The position numbers and the translations under genes are program-made. A stretch of 63,955 bases of DNA, counting the filler, from an uncultured bacterium (GTDB lineage Bacteria > CAYJRR01), in NCBI GenBank assembly GCA_964372275.1. It is 4 parts of 4 records of this genome, joined end to end, with 100 filler letters (N's around TTAATTAATTAA, not from the genome) between each part and the next. Parts side by side here need not be neighbours in the genome. Positions count along the whole stretch, not along the records: positions 1 to 16,194 come from CAYJRR010000101.1; positions 16,295 to 32,442 come from CAYJRR010000102.1; 2 more parts are not named here. One strand, written 5' to 3'. The notes below the pieces were generated by a model. It was not told where the DNA came from, made no database searches, and saw only the letters and a list, made by a program, of their open reading frames with translations. Shown here one piece after another: positions 9,615 to 19,870 of this stretch (its first letter is position 1; each line of letters opens with the position of its first letter).

Positions 9615-11332
9615 TGCCCGACGACGACCCGAACGACTTCGCCCCACCGGACGTCGCGCCGCCGGCGGTCCCGCTGCGCGACGACCTCGGCGATCTCGAT
9701 CTCGGCACGCCGGCTCCCAACTTCGACTTCCCGCTGGACGACACCAACGATCCGCTGCTCCAGCCGGGGGAGGAGATGCCCCCCGAGCTTCCACCGCCCG
9801 AGCTCGACGTCCCGAACGTCCCCAAGGAATGGAAGGTCGCCGGTCACAGCAAGGACCCGATCTGCGAGGTCTACATCCACGTCGACGAGCTGGCGGTGAC
9901 GGCGTTCCTGACGCTCGGGGTGTGGGACGTCGACCGGTTCGATCCGGACGTCGTCATCCGCGCGATCGAAGAGAGCCGCGTGAAAATGAGCGAAGGCGAG
10001 CGCTCCGGCGTCCGCGAGGCGCTTGCCAACGTCCCCGCCTCCAAGGGGAACCGGCCGGCGATGTCGCTGCACCCGTTCGCCTTCGGGACGCCACCCGCTC
10101 CGGGGCCGGCGGGCCGTCTCGAATGGGCGATCGAGTGGTACGAACCGCGCGACGTCCCGGAGGACGCGCCGATCGACTACCACGAGCGCCCGACCTCGCT
10201 TCGCAACGTCCAGGCGGGCGACAAGCTGGCGACGATCGTCCCGCCGAAGCTCGGCGCCGCCGGCCGGAACCTCTTCTGGGAATCGATCCCCCCGATCCCC
10301 GGGCCCGAGTGCCGGGTGAAGGCCGGACCGAAGGTGGAGTTGCGCAACGGCAACACCTTCTTCGCCTCGGGCGATGGCCAGGTACTGCTGCGCAGCGACT
10401 TCCTGGAGGTGAGCCCCATCCTCCAGGTGAAGGGAAACGTCGACTTCAAGGTCGGGAACATCCTCTTCACCGGGTTCGTGAACGTCCAGGGGGACGTCCT
10501 CGACGGATTCAAGGTGAAGGGGACGAAAGGGATCCTGATCGCCGGCAACGTCGGGGCGGCGACGCTCGAGTCGGGCGGCGACATCACGGTCAACGGCGGC
10601 GTCAGCGGCAACGGCAAGGGGATCGTCCGCTGCGGCGGGATCTTCCGCGCGAAGTACCTGAACGCCTGCGACGTCGAGACCGGCGGAGACGTCGTCGTCG
10701 CCGGGCAGATCCTCAACTGCAAGGTGCGCTCGTTCGGATCGGTCCAGGTCGCGCGCGGAAAGATCCGGGGCGGAGAGACGATCGCCTTCTCCGGCGTCAA
10801 CTGCTCCGAGCTCGGCTCCCACATGGCGGGCCGCACCTACGTTGCCGTCGGGGTCGAGTACTACTCCGAGAAGCACCGCCGCGCGCTGCGCGAAGAGGTC
10901 AACCAGGTCCGCGCCAAGATCACCGAGCTGGAGAACATCTACGGTCCGGCGCTGACCGATCCGTCGAAGCGCGTCGGCTACAACGAGAAGCGCCACCAGG
11001 CGGTCGAAGCCAAGGCGCTGGTGCACCAGGACCTCCTGAAGCAGGTCGCGCAGCTCGAGAACGAGATCGAGATCCTGATGCAGACCCGCGAGCTGCGCGT
11101 CGAGCGCGCCGTCGCTTTCGGGAAGCAGTTGTTCGCGGGGGTCGAGGTGCAGATCGGCGATCTGCGCCAATCCTACGAGGAGGACCTCCGCGGTCCGTCC
11201 AAGCTGGTGGTGATCGAGGAGGCCGAAGGGGGAATGCCGCTCGACGGAATCCCTCCGGCCGAGCCCGGTCCCGACGGAGAACCGCCCCCCGAGCTGAAGA
11301 AGGTGCGGCGAATCGGCCAGGCGTTCCGGTAG
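9611..11332 (+). CDS. FapA/DUF342 family protein
   Basis: GNVDFKVGNI.F.G.V.V.GDV.DGF and Gly-rich beta-helix repeats, C-terminal coiled coil; ATGA overlap with pseC stop; acidic Pro-rich N-terminus. Confidence 0.85.
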   Translation: MMPDDDPNDFAPPDVAPPAVPLRDDLGDLDLGTPAPNFDFPLDDTNDPLLQPGEEMPPELPPPELDVPNVPKEWKVAGHSKDPICEVYIHVDELAVTAFLTLGVWDVDRFDPDVVIRAIEESRVKMSEGERSGVREALANVPASKGNRPAMSLHPFAFGTPPAPGPAGRLEWAIEWYEPRDVPEDAPIDYHERPTSLRNVQAGDKLATIVPPKLGAAGRNLFWESIPPIPGPECRVKAGPKVELRNGNTFFASGDGQVLLRSDFLEVSPILQVKGNVDFKVGNILFTGFVNVQGDVLDGFKVKGTKGILIAGNVGAATLESGGDITVNGGVSGNGKGIVRCGGIFRAKYLNACDVETGGDVVVAGQILNCKVRSFGSVQVARGKIRGGETIAFSGVNCSELGSHMAGRTYVAVGVEYYSEKHRRALREEVNQVRAKITELENIYGPALTDPSKRVGYNEKRHQAVEAKALVHQDLLKQVAQLENEIEILMQTRELRVERAVAFGKQLFAGVEVQIGDLRQSYEEDLRGPSKLVVIEEAEGGMPLDGIPPAEPGPDGEPPPELKKVRRIGQAFR

Positions 11333-11366
11333 ATCCCGAGGTCGTCCGTCGGCCCCCCGCGCGCGC

Positions 11367-12245
11367 TCACGGCGGCGCCAGCCGGCGGTGCTGGCATTCG
11401 ATCCAGTAGCTCTGGACCCGCGCCGCGTCGATCGCGTTCTGCAGCGCGTACTGGATCGCGAAGCGCAACAGTCCGGCTCGCGTGGTGCGGCGGGTCCCGG
11501 GGAGCATTCGACCGCTGGCGACGATCGGCTCGGTCTTGCCGTCCGGCAGCCGGATGCGCATCGCCAGCCCCCGCGTCGACCAGTCGGCGAACGGGAGCTG
11601 TCGCGGCATCCGCTCCGTGCGGAGCAGCATCCCTCCGGGCCAGCCGTCGGTGGCGATCGAGAGGTCCTCCACCGCGAACGCCTGATCGCTCCCGTTCGGA
11701 AGGCGCACCGTGACGCTCACGTTGCGACCGAGGATCGGACGCGCCCGGAAGCAGCGCCGCGCGTTCGCACCGTCGTACTCGCGCCCGCTGCGGGACCGGT
11801 CGAGCGGCGCCAGCACCGGTGTCTCCAGGACCGGACCGCTTCGGGCACCGATCGCCCGCTCCACCTTGAAGCGCAGCACGTTGGGGATCAGCGGCGCGGA
11901 AACGAAGTCGTGCGCGCCGCACTTCACCAGCTCTACCGCCAGGTCGGCATCGACGCCGGTCGCGACGACGATCAGCGGCACGGTCGGATTGGTCGCGTTG
12001 CACCAGGCGACCCGCGCGATCTCCTCCGGCAGGCTCCTCCCCACCGCGATCAGCAGGGCGTCGACCTCCCACAGCTCCTCGGGCGCGCGCTGGCCGGGCG
12101 CAATGCCCACGACCGAATCACGAACCCCGACGGTGAGCGGAACCACCGACGCAATCGGGCGGAGCGCGGCCGCGCAGGTCTTGAACATCTCGGTGTCGGC
12201 GCCGACGATGCCGACGAACAGACCTTCGTTGGGCGCTTCGGCCAT
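11367..12245 (-). CDS. Atypical receiver-like domain plus PilZ-like domain protein
   Basis: P.VPLIVV....D..LAVELVK.GA.DFV..P (second half of a REC fold, no clear phospho-Asp or Lys); RRCFR and DLS...GG PilZ-like motifs. Confidence 0.55.
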   Translation of the reverse strand: MAEAPNEGLFVGIVGADTEMFKTCAAALRPIASVVPLTVGVRDSVVGIAPGQRAPEELWEVDALLIAVGRSLPEEIARVAWCNATNPTVPLIVVATGVDADLAVELVKCGAHDFVSAPLIPNVLRFKVERAIGARSGPVLETPVLAPLDRSRSGREYDGANARRCFRARPILGRNVSVTVRLPNGSDQAFAVEDLSIATDGWPGGMLLRTERMPRQLPFADWSTRGLAMRIRLPDGKTEPIVASGRMLPGTRRTTRAGLLRFAIQYALQNAIDAARVQSYWIECQHRRLAPP

Positions 12246-12328
12246 TGCGACGTAAGTCCCCGCCCGGATCGGGGAACCCGCGACCGGCGCGGCCCCCACG
12301 TTCCCCGTAGTATAGACTGAAAGATCCG

Positions 12329-14512
12329 ATGCCCGGGGCCTTCCGATTCTGGCTGCTGTTGGCCGTCGCCCTTCCGGCGTGCGGCGGAAAGGGGGACGGC
12401 GATCGCGACTGTGGCACGGCGGCCGGCACCCTTCCCGACGGACTGGTGACGATCTCCTGGGACGACGGCGACGAGGCCGGGGGCGTCCGGGGACAGGGAT
12501 GGGGGATCTCCGTCGGCAACCGCGACTTCGACCTCGACGACGAACCACTCCACGAGGGGGTACGGTTCGACATCGACCGGCCGGCGCGCATCCACGGATT
12601 CTCGGTGCGATGGACGAACCTGGCCGACGCGCGCGAGGAGCTCGAGGCCGGCCTCTACGCCGATCTCGGACACAACGGATACAACTACTGGCTCGCCGAT
12701 CCGCTCTGGACGGGAACCCGCTGCCAGCGCGACGCGGACGACGGCGAGTCGATCGACTACGTCCTCGAGGAACCGATCGAAATCGCCCACCCCGGGCTCG
12801 TCTTCGTGGCGCACGCGGCGGAGAGCCCCGAAGACGCGACCTTCGCCTTCGACGACGGCGTCGACGGCGAGGGCGACTGCCTCCTCTTCGACGAGTGCCA
12901 CTCGGCTCTGCAACTGACCGACGCGCTCGAGAACACCTACTTCCAAGGGGTTTCCTTCTCTCTCCCCTTCGACTTCCTGGTGAGCCTCCACCTCGAATAC
13001 ACCGACGAAGTCCTGCCGCAGGACCGGCTCTTCCAACCGGTGAGCGGCGTCTACTTCGGCCCGACGATGGCGTTCGGCGACTACGACGACGACGGGTGGG
13101 ACGACGTCGTCACGCACGGGCCCGATCTCTGGCGCAACCAGGGGGACGGGACGTTCATCGCGACCACCGCCTCTTCCGGGATCGCCGCGATGGGCATCCA
13201 GGGGACCGGGAGCTGGGGCGACTACGACAACGACGGGTGCCTCGACCTGTTCGTCGCGTCGGACTACCTCACCGAACCGAACAGCCTCCTCCACTCCAAT
13301 TGTGATGGAACGTTCTCCGACGTCACCGAGGCCGCCGGCGTCTCGGGACTCCTGTCGAGCGACGTCTGCGGCGATCCGACCGCTCTCTACCCACAGTCCC
13401 AGGCCGGCGCCTGGATCGACCTCGACCTCGACGGCCGGCTCGACCTCTACGTCGCCAACTACAACTGCGGCTTCGACCTGCCCGACTTCGTCGACAACGT
13501 CTACCGGAACAACGGTGACGGAACGTTCGCCGATTGGACCGGCACGCGCGGATTCCTGCCGACCGCCACCGCCAGCCGGGGCGCCGCGCCGATCGACGTC
13601 GACTTCGACGGTGACCTCGACCTGCTGGTCCACAACTACGTCCTGCAGGCGAATCTCTTCTTCCGCAACGACGGCGGGGGAACGTTCACCGAGATCGCCT
13701 CCGACAGCGGACTCGAGGGCGAGCCGACGGAGTTCCAGGGAGACTGGTATTGGGGGCACACGCTCGGAACCGCCTGGGGGGACCTGGACGGCGACGGCGA
13801 TTTCGACCTGGTCGAAGCCAACCTCGCGCATCCGCGCTTCTACCACTTCTCCGACAAGACGCGCGTGCTCCGCAACGACGCCGGCGCGTTCACCGATCTG
13901 GCCGGAGACTGGAGCTATCCGGAGAGCGGCGCGGGGCTACGATACCAGGAGACGCACACCGTCCCCACGCTCGCCGACTTCGACCAGGACGGCGATCTCG
14001 ACCTGGCGATCTCCGCCCGATACGACGGCCGTCCCACCGACTTCTACTGGGGGAACGGCAACGGCACCTTCGAGCTCGACGCCTTTCACGCCGGCATCAC
14101 CACCGAAGACGGATGGGGGATGGCGGCGGCCGACTTCGATCACGACGGCGACCTCGACCTCGCCACCTACGACACCCTCTTCCGCAACGACATCACCGAG
14201 GGGAAGGGTCACTGGTTGCAGATTCGCGCCGTTGGCAACGGGACGACGACCAACCGGTCGGCGATCGGCGCCACGGTGCGCGTGACGGCGGGGGGCCGCA
14301 CCTGGATCCGCCACGTCCAGGGGAACACCGGTCTCGGATGCCAGGACTCGATGTTTCTGCACGTCGGTCTCGGGGAGGCGACCATCGTCGACCAGATCGT
14401 GGTGAGCTTCCCGGGTGGCGGCGAGGTGAACTTTCCCGGTCCCCACGCCGCCGACCAGCGGCTCTGGCTGTTCCAGAACGGCACGACGCACGCGGGTTGG
14501 TCGCCCCCCTGA
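12329..14512 (+). CDS. CRTAC1/FG-GAP repeat lipoprotein with ASPIC/UnbV-like C-terminus
   Basis: Lipobox LPAC; repeated D(Y/F/L)DxDGxLDL; NRSAIGA.V.V and LH.GLG. Confidence 0.85.
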   Translation: MPGAFRFWLLLAVALPACGGKGDGDRDCGTAAGTLPDGLVTISWDDGDEAGGVRGQGWGISVGNRDFDLDDEPLHEGVRFDIDRPARIHGFSVRWTNLADAREELEAGLYADLGHNGYNYWLADPLWTGTRCQRDADDGESIDYVLEEPIEIAHPGLVFVAHAAESPEDATFAFDDGVDGEGDCLLFDECHSALQLTDALENTYFQGVSFSLPFDFLVSLHLEYTDEVLPQDRLFQPVSGVYFGPTMAFGDYDDDGWDDVVTHGPDLWRNQGDGTFIATTASSGIAAMGIQGTGSWGDYDNDGCLDLFVASDYLTEPNSLLHSNCDGTFSDVTEAAGVSGLLSSDVCGDPTALYPQSQAGAWIDLDLDGRLDLYVANYNCGFDLPDFVDNVYRNNGDGTFADWTGTRGFLPTATASRGAAPIDVDFDGDLDLLVHNYVLQANLFFRNDGGGTFTEIASDSGLEGEPTEFQGDWYWGHTLGTAWGDLDGDGDFDLVEANLAHPRFYHFSDKTRVLRNDAGAFTDLAGDWSYPESGAGLRYQETHTVPTLADFDQDGDLDLAISARYDGRPTDFYWGNGNGTFELDAFHAGITTEDGWGMAAADFDHDGDLDLATYDTLFRNDITEGKGHWLQIRAVGNGTTTNRSAIGATVRVTAGGRTWIRHVQGNTGLGCQDSMFLHVGLGEATIVDQIVVSFPGGGEVNFPGPHAADQRLWLFQNGTTHAGWSPP

Positions 14513-14567
14513 TCGACCGGCGCGCCGGAGCCCGGCCGCGCAAGACGCGATCCCCACCGGGGAACCG

Positions 14568-15479
14568 ATGCCCGGGCTCCGGATCGACGTGTGGCTGCCG
14601 GAGAGCGAGATCGCCGCATCGCTGGAGAACTCGCTCGCGGCCGGGCGCCTCGACGAAAGGTTTTTCTACTGGTTTCCGGCGGGGGCCCGTGCCTGGATCG
14701 ATCTGTGCGCGTCGCCCGCCTATCGCAACGCGGAGCGCGCGACGTCGATCCTGCGCACCGCGGCTCCGGAGCTCGCCTCCGGCCACCGGATCCCCGACCG
14801 GCTGTGTGGCCTCGGCTGCGGCGACGGGCGCAAGGATCGCCTCCTGCTCGACGCCTTCGAGGGTCGCCGCCCCGCGTTCATCGCCGTCGATTCGAGCCAG
14901 CTCCTCCTGGAACGGGCGGTCGCGGAGGCGGGCGCGCCGGCGAGAGGGCTCAAGCTCGACCTCCTGGACGACGGCCACCTCGCGGCGTTGCGGGGGACCG
15001 GCAAAACGCTCTACACCGTCCTCGGCAACACCTTCGGCGCCCTCGACCCGCGACGATTTCCGCGGCGGATCGTTCCCCTTCTCGGCCCGGACGACCGGCT
15101 GCTCGTCGACGGGGAGCGGTTCGCAGGCGAGGAGACGCTCCGCGGTTACGACCATCCCGACAACCGGCGCTTCGCCTTCGCGCCACTGGCCGCGTTGGGG
15201 GTCGGAGCCGCGGACGGCGATCTCCGCTTCGGTGTGCGCTCCGACGGCGATGGCCTCCATGCCGTCACCAAGGAGTTCGTCGCCAGACGCGATCTCGAGC
15301 TCGCCCTCGCCGGACGGCCGCTCCGGCGCCTTCGCGCGGGCGAGCGCGTGCGGATGAGCGACTCGGTGAAGTACGGCGACGGGGTGCTTCGCCGCCTGCT
15401 GAACGCCGCCGGCCTGGCGGTCGAGCGCGAATGGACCGGCGCGGACGGCCGCTTTTCCCTCCTCCTCGCGCGGCGTTGA
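14568..15479 (+). CDS. SAM-dependent methyltransferase, EgtD (histidine N-alpha-methyltransferase)-like
   Basis: RFFY, GLGCGDGRKD, AVDSS..LL, LGNTFG, GYD, GERV..S.S.KY, FSLLL. Confidence 0.7.
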   Translation: MPGLRIDVWLPESEIAASLENSLAAGRLDERFFYWFPAGARAWIDLCASPAYRNAERATSILRTAAPELASGHRIPDRLCGLGCGDGRKDRLLLDAFEGRRPAFIAVDSSQLLLERAVAEAGAPARGLKLDLLDDGHLAALRGTGKTLYTVLGNTFGALDPRRFPRRIVPLLGPDDRLLVDGERFAGEETLRGYDHPDNRRFAFAPLAALGVGAADGDLRFGVRSDGDGLHAVTKEFVARRDLELALAGRPLRRLRAGERVRMSDSVKYGDGVLRRLLNAAGLAVEREWTGADGRFSLLLARR

Positions 15480-15504
15480 CCCGATCGGGAGTAGGCTTCC
15501 GATC

Positions 15505-16194
15505 GTGCGATCGACGATCCCGGTCCGCGTCGCCGCGGCGTGCGGCCTCCTGTCGGTCTTTCTCCTCGCGTCGCCGCCCGCCGCCGGCACAAACGTCGAC
15601 TTCCGAGACTACGCCGCGTTCGCGCGCGGAGAGCCGCTCGTCCGCTTCGACTACGCGAACGATTTCTTCGTCGACCGCGACTACTACTACACCCAGGGCC
15701 TCGGCCTCGTCGTCTTCGCCGACGACGCGCGCGGCTTCGTCGTGCGCCACACCGGATTCACGCCGACCAGCCTCCGGAGCGACCGGATCCGCGCGGGGGA
15801 TCGGCCGTTCGCGGCCTATCTCGTCGCGGGTCCGGTGCGCGTTGTCCGCCTCCCGGACCGGCGGCAGACGATCACCCTGGCGCTCGACGCCGGGATCCTG
15901 GGACCGAGCGCCGGCGGGGAGTGGATGCAGACAGAGATCCATCGCGCCACGGGAAACCTGCTGCCGCACGGTTGGGACAACCAGATCCGCGACGACCTCG
16001 CGCTCGACCTCTACGCCCGGATCGACCAGGCGATCTGGAGCGGCCACCGCGCCGAGGTCGGCCTCTTCCTAGACGCGACCGCGGGGACGCTCTACAGCAA
16101 CACCGCCGCCGGACTCGCAGGCCGGTTCCAGGCGCTCGGAAACGGTCGTCGCCGCCTCCTCCTTACCGCCTCGGCCGAGGAGAAGGCGGTCCTG
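15505..16194 (+). CDS. LpxR-family (lipid A deacylase, DUF2219) outer-membrane protein, 3'-truncated
   Basis: Signal peptide; ND.F...D.YYTQG, FTP, DRPFAAYL, LGPSA.GE..Q..IH, P.GW.NQI. Confidence 0.75.
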
Positions 16195-16294
16195 NNNNNN
16201 NNNNNNNNNNNNNNNNNNNNNNNNNNNNNNNNNNNNNNTTAATTAATTAANNNNNNNNNNNNNNNNNNNNNNNNNNNNNNNNNNNNNNNNNNNN
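16195..16294. other. Artificial contig linker
   Basis: N44-TTAATTAATTAA-N44, stop codons in all six frames. Confidence 0.98.
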
Positions 16295-16750
16295 CTCGAC
16301 GTGACGGAGATGTGCCCGGAGCGCCCGCGGACCCGACGGGCGACCCGCGCCGGTGCCGGCGGGGCCTCCGACCGCGGCCGCCGCGCGGGCGGCCGCCTCC
16401 GGCGAGCGGGAGCCGCCGTGGGCTCCGACGATCCGCATCACCACGTCGCGGCTCCCGGGGGCGAACGCGGTGAAGCGCAGCCGCATCCCCGCCTTCTCCC
16501 CCGTGGCCGGGTCGGGCTCGCTGCGCGCGCTTTCGACGACCGCCAGGGCTTCGAAGAGCGACTTGCCGTCGGGAAGGGTGGCGACGAAGTGCACCTCGCG
16601 GCCGGGGGCCAGCGGGCGCGTCGTCTTGATGAACAGGCCGGTCGGGGTGAGGTTCCCCGCGTACTTTTCGGCGAAGCGCTCGGCGCTTTCCGTCTGGATC
16701 TGGATCTTGGCGACGCCCGGAGCGCGCGGGCCGCTGTCGTTCTCCGCCAT
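16295..16750 (-). CDS. TIGR02266-type PilZ-like domain protein, 3'-truncated
   Basis: F..KYA.NL...GLFIKT..PL.PG..V.F...L.DG..GM.LRF pattern typical of myxobacterial paralogues. Confidence 0.7.
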
Positions 16751-16763
16751 CGCTTGCCGGCCG

Positions 16764-17135
16764 CTACCCTTCCGCGTACTCCTTTTCGCGCTGCTCCTGG
16801 TCTTCCTTGCACTTCACGCAGAGGTCGGTCACCGGCCGGGCCTCGAGCCGCTTGATCCCGATCTCGTCACCGCACTCTTCGCACGTGCCGAAGCTCCCCT
16901 CCTCGATCTTCGCCAGCGCCTTGTCGATCTTCTTGAAGAGGTAGCGCTCCCGGTCGCGAAGCCGGTAGACCATCGAGATGTCGGCCTCGGCCGAGGCCTC
17001 GTCCCCTTCGTCGAGGACGTTGTCGGCCTTCACCTGTTCGATGGAGTCCTCCATCGTGTGCTTGGCGTTGGCCATCAGCTTCTTCTTCTCGAGAAGGAGA
17101 AGCTCCTTGAACTTCTTCATGTCGCGCTGGTTCAT
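16764..17135 (-). CDS. dksA: DksA/TraR C4 zinc-finger RNA polymerase-binding protein
   Basis: DEGDEAS; RDRER.L..KI..AL.KI..G.FG.CEECG.EI...RLEARP....CVKCK. Confidence 0.92.
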   Translation of the reverse strand: MNQRDMKKFKELLLLEKKKLMANAKHTMEDSIEQVKADNVLDEGDEASAEADISMVYRLRDRERYLFKKIDKALAKIEEGSFGTCEECGDEIGIKRLEARPVTDLCVKCKEDQEQREKEYAEG

Positions 17136-17250
17136 TCGAGTTCCCGACCCCTTCATCGGCCGTTGGCCTTCTTTGACCGGACGCCTCTCCCCCGATGCAG
17201 CCCATCGTTATATCCGCGGCCCCGCGGAAGACCAACCAAAAACGGCCGGG

Positions 17251-18120
17251 TCAGGCGCCGTCGACCAGGCGGCGGAACGAGCTCGGCAACACGAAGGCCG
17301 CCGGGTGCAGCTCGCGATTGTAGTAGCGGGTTTCGACCGGCCGCGTCGACGCCAGCGCATTCGCGGCCCCCTGCCCGACCGAGAGGTCGTTGCTACAGAA
17401 GGCGAAGCTCCAGCAGCCGGTCGGATAGGTCGGCATGTGCGCCAGGTACATGCCGCGGTGGGTGAAGGCCCGGCCCAGCTCCGCGAAGATCTTGCGGATG
17501 ATGTCGGGGTGCTGATGGGGGCTCTCGCTCTGGGCAACGAAGATCCCCCCTTTGCGGAGCGCCGCTGCGCAGTCCCGGTAGAACGGCGCCTGGAACAGCC
17601 CGATCCCGGGTCCCACCGGATCGCAGGAGTCAATCAGGATGACGTCGTAGGACCCCTTCTTCTCCTTCACCCATTGGAGGCCGTCGACGGTGTGGATCGC
17701 GACCCGCGGGTCGGCGAGCTTGGCACTCACCGACGGCAGGAACTCGCGGGAGGCGTCGATCACCATCTTGTCGATCTCGACCAGGTCGACGTGGTCGGGG
17801 TCGTGCTTGAGCACCTCCCGCACCGTCCCACCGTCGCCGCCGCCGATGATCAGCACGTCCTTCGCCTTGCCGTGGGCGGTCATCGCCGGGTGGGCGAGCA
17901 TCTCGTGGTACACGTACTCGTCGCGCTCGGTCACCATGAAGCAGCCGTCGAGCGCGAGCACCCGCCCCCAGCCCTTGCTCTCGAAGACCAAAACCTCCTG
18001 GAAGGGGCTCTTGTCGCGGAAGAGGGTCTTCTCGACGGCGATTCCCAGTCGCGTGACCGGCTCGCCGGCCGTCGTCTCCCCGTGCCCTGCCGCGTACGCC
18101 TCGTCGAACCAGATCGACAT
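17251..18120 (-). CDS. speE: Polyamine aminopropyltransferase
   Basis: SPFQ, L.LDG, DE..YHEML.H, VLIIGGGDGG, VEID, DVILIDS.DP.GP; TAATG coupling to the upstream gene. Confidence 0.93.
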   Translation of the reverse strand: MSIWFDEAYAAGHGETTAGEPVTRLGIAVEKTLFRDKSPFQEVLVFESKGWGRVLALDGCFMVTERDEYVYHEMLAHPAMTAHGKAKDVLIIGGGDGGTVREVLKHDPDHVDLVEIDKMVIDASREFLPSVSAKLADPRVAIHTVDGLQWVKEKKGSYDVILIDSCDPVGPGIGLFQAPFYRDCAAALRKGGIFVAQSESPHQHPDIIRKIFAELGRAFTHRGMYLAHMPTYPTGCWSFAFCSNDLSVGQGAANALASTRPVETRYYNRELHPAAFVLPSSFRRLVDGA

Positions 18121-18626
18121 TACTTGCTCCCCCAGCCCGACCACCACAGGGTGATCGCGGCGAACGCCGCGCCGTTCTTCACCACCTGGTGCTCCGCCGA
18201 GACCGAGATCAGCTCCTTGATCTCGCGGTTGCGCGTCGCGAACCCCTGGCGCGCCATCTCGCGGACGTGCTCCTCGGCCTCCTTCGCCCGTTCGCCGATC
18301 GCGTGGTACTCCATGATCAGCCCCGCCTGCGACGGGTCGTGCGGGACGGCGCACGCCACCGCCGCCGACAGCCACTGCCCGGGCACGTTGGAGGTCTGCG
18401 CCGCGTAGGCCACCGGCACCAGCGCCCCGCCCGGAAGCCGCATCGGCTTCACCCGCTTGCACGACGGCGGAACGATCGACGACATCTTCACCAGATTGGT
18501 GTCGCCGATCCCGGCGGCGAGCAGCGCCCCGTCGAAGGCGTTGAGCTCGGTGAACCCCTCCGCGGTGCCGGCGCACGGCCAGTAGAGGTCGGGGACCTGG
18601 GGGAACAAGGCGTTCGTCTTCGACAT
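18120..18626 (-). CDS. pdaD: Pyruvoyl-dependent arginine decarboxylase proenzyme
   Basis: ELNAFD.AL..AGIG..NLVKMSSIVP (Ser-Ser self-cleavage site); G.I.EY. Confidence 0.88.
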   Translation of the reverse strand: MSKTNALFPQVPDLYWPCAGTAEGFTELNAFDGALLAAGIGDTNLVKMSSIVPPSCKRVKPMRLPGGALVPVAYAAQTSNVPGQWLSAAVACAVPHDPSQAGLIMEYHAIGERAKEAEEHVREMARQGFATRNREIKELISVSAEHQVVKNGAAFAAITLWWSGWGSK

Positions 18627-18731
18627 CGGTGGCTCTCTCCTAACGAATCGATCGGCTCACGGCCGTCACGGAATACGGGGGATCGCGGGCGCCGTCGGGC
18701 ACCCGCCGTCGAGACCCAACAGGCGAACAGC

Positions 18732-19136
18732 CTAGCCGGCGGTGACCCGCGTCTCGCCGACCACCTTCAGGAGCCGGTGCTTCGGCATCCGCAGGTTGCC
18801 GCGCTTCACCTCGAGGATCTTCACCTTCTGGGCGCCGAACCGCTCCTTGAGCAGCTCGTGGGCCACGTACGGATCGACGGTGTCGCCGCAGGTGAAGATG
18901 TCGACCGCGGCGAAGCCGTGCTCCGGCCAGGTGTGGATCGCGAGATGGCTCTCGGAGATCACCACCACGCCCGAGACGCCGATCGGGTTGAACCCGTGGA
19001 AGACGCTCTTGATGATGGTGGCGCCGCACGCTTCGGCGGCATCGTTCAAGTTCTGCTCTACGCGCGAGACGTCGTTGATCGACGCGACGTCACATTCGTA
19101 GAACTCCAGGAGCAGGTGCTTTCCCAGGCTGGTCAA
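18732..19136 (-). CDS. speD: S-adenosylmethionine decarboxylase proenzyme (short class)
   Basis: TTG start with [45 protein letters not shown]. Confidence 0.92.
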   Translation of the reverse strand: MTSLGKHLLLEFYECDVASINDVSRVEQNLNDAAEACGATIIKSVFHGFNPIGVSGVVVISESHLAIHTWPEHGFAAVDIFTCGDTVDPYVAHELLKERFGAQKVKILEVKRGNLRMPKHRLLKVVGETRVTAG

Positions 19137-19171
19137 TTTCTTTTCTTCCCTCCTCGTGGCTCGTGCGGCGG

Positions 19172-19711
19172 TCAGTGCGTCGGTGGATTCGTCACCCAGA
19201 TCAGCTTCGCCTCCCGCGCCGCGCGGTTCTCGATCCAGTGCGGCGCGTTCGGGTAGAAGGAGAAGCACTCCCCGGCCTTCACCAGGTGGTCGACCCCGTC
19301 GAGCACCAGCACGATCTCGCCGGTGATGACGTAGCCGACCTCCTCCCCCTCGTGCATCTTGTCCATCACCGTCCGCCCACCGGGCCCGAGGGTGACGAAC
19401 GCCGGGTCGATCGATCGGTTGATGGCGCGGGGGACGAGCAGCTCGAACCGGACCTTGTCGCTGCTCTCGGCCGCCAGGACGCGGGCCTGCCGGCCGAAGA
19501 CGACACGCTCGCTCTTGTAGCCGCGGAAGAAGTCGGCGAGCGAAACGCCGAGCACGTCGAGGATCTGGGTGAGCGTGGCGATCGAGGGGGAGGTGGCGTC
19601 GTTCTCGAGCTGGGAGATGAACCCCTTGGTCAGATCGGTACGGTTCGCCAGCTCCTCCTGCGTCATCTGCTGGGCGAGCCTCAACGCCTTGATGCGCTGA
19701 CCGATGTCCAT
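19172..19711 (-). CDS. XRE HTH plus cupin transcriptional regulator (PuuR-like)
   Basis: [17 protein letters not shown]....[10 protein letters not shown]...SPSI; cupin H.GEE.GYV..G and H...N. Confidence 0.9.
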   Translation of the reverse strand: MDIGQRIKALRLAQQMTQEELANRTDLTKGFISQLENDATSPSIATLTQILDVLGVSLADFFRGYKSERVVFGRQARVLAAESSDKVRFELLVPRAINRSIDPAFVTLGPGGRTVMDKMHEGEEVGYVITGEIVLVLDGVDHLVKAGECFSFYPNAPHWIENRAAREAKLIWVTNPPTH

Positions 19712-19870
19712 GGGCCCTTTGATCGACGCCGCCTCCGGTGAAGGCGGCTCCTTGCGGATGGCCGATATGCCGAGAACGTTGTCCAACGCGCGCTGTACTC
19801 TCCGTCTCGTTCCGAACCTTCTGATGACTCCAAAAACCGCGATTTCGCGGCGCTGCACCCGGTTTGCGGC

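Noticed and set aside
16195-16294. TTAATTAATTAA palindrome flanked by Ns (also 32443-32542 and 48537-48636)
   Set aside because: Artificial contig-joining linker; gene adjacency across it is not biological
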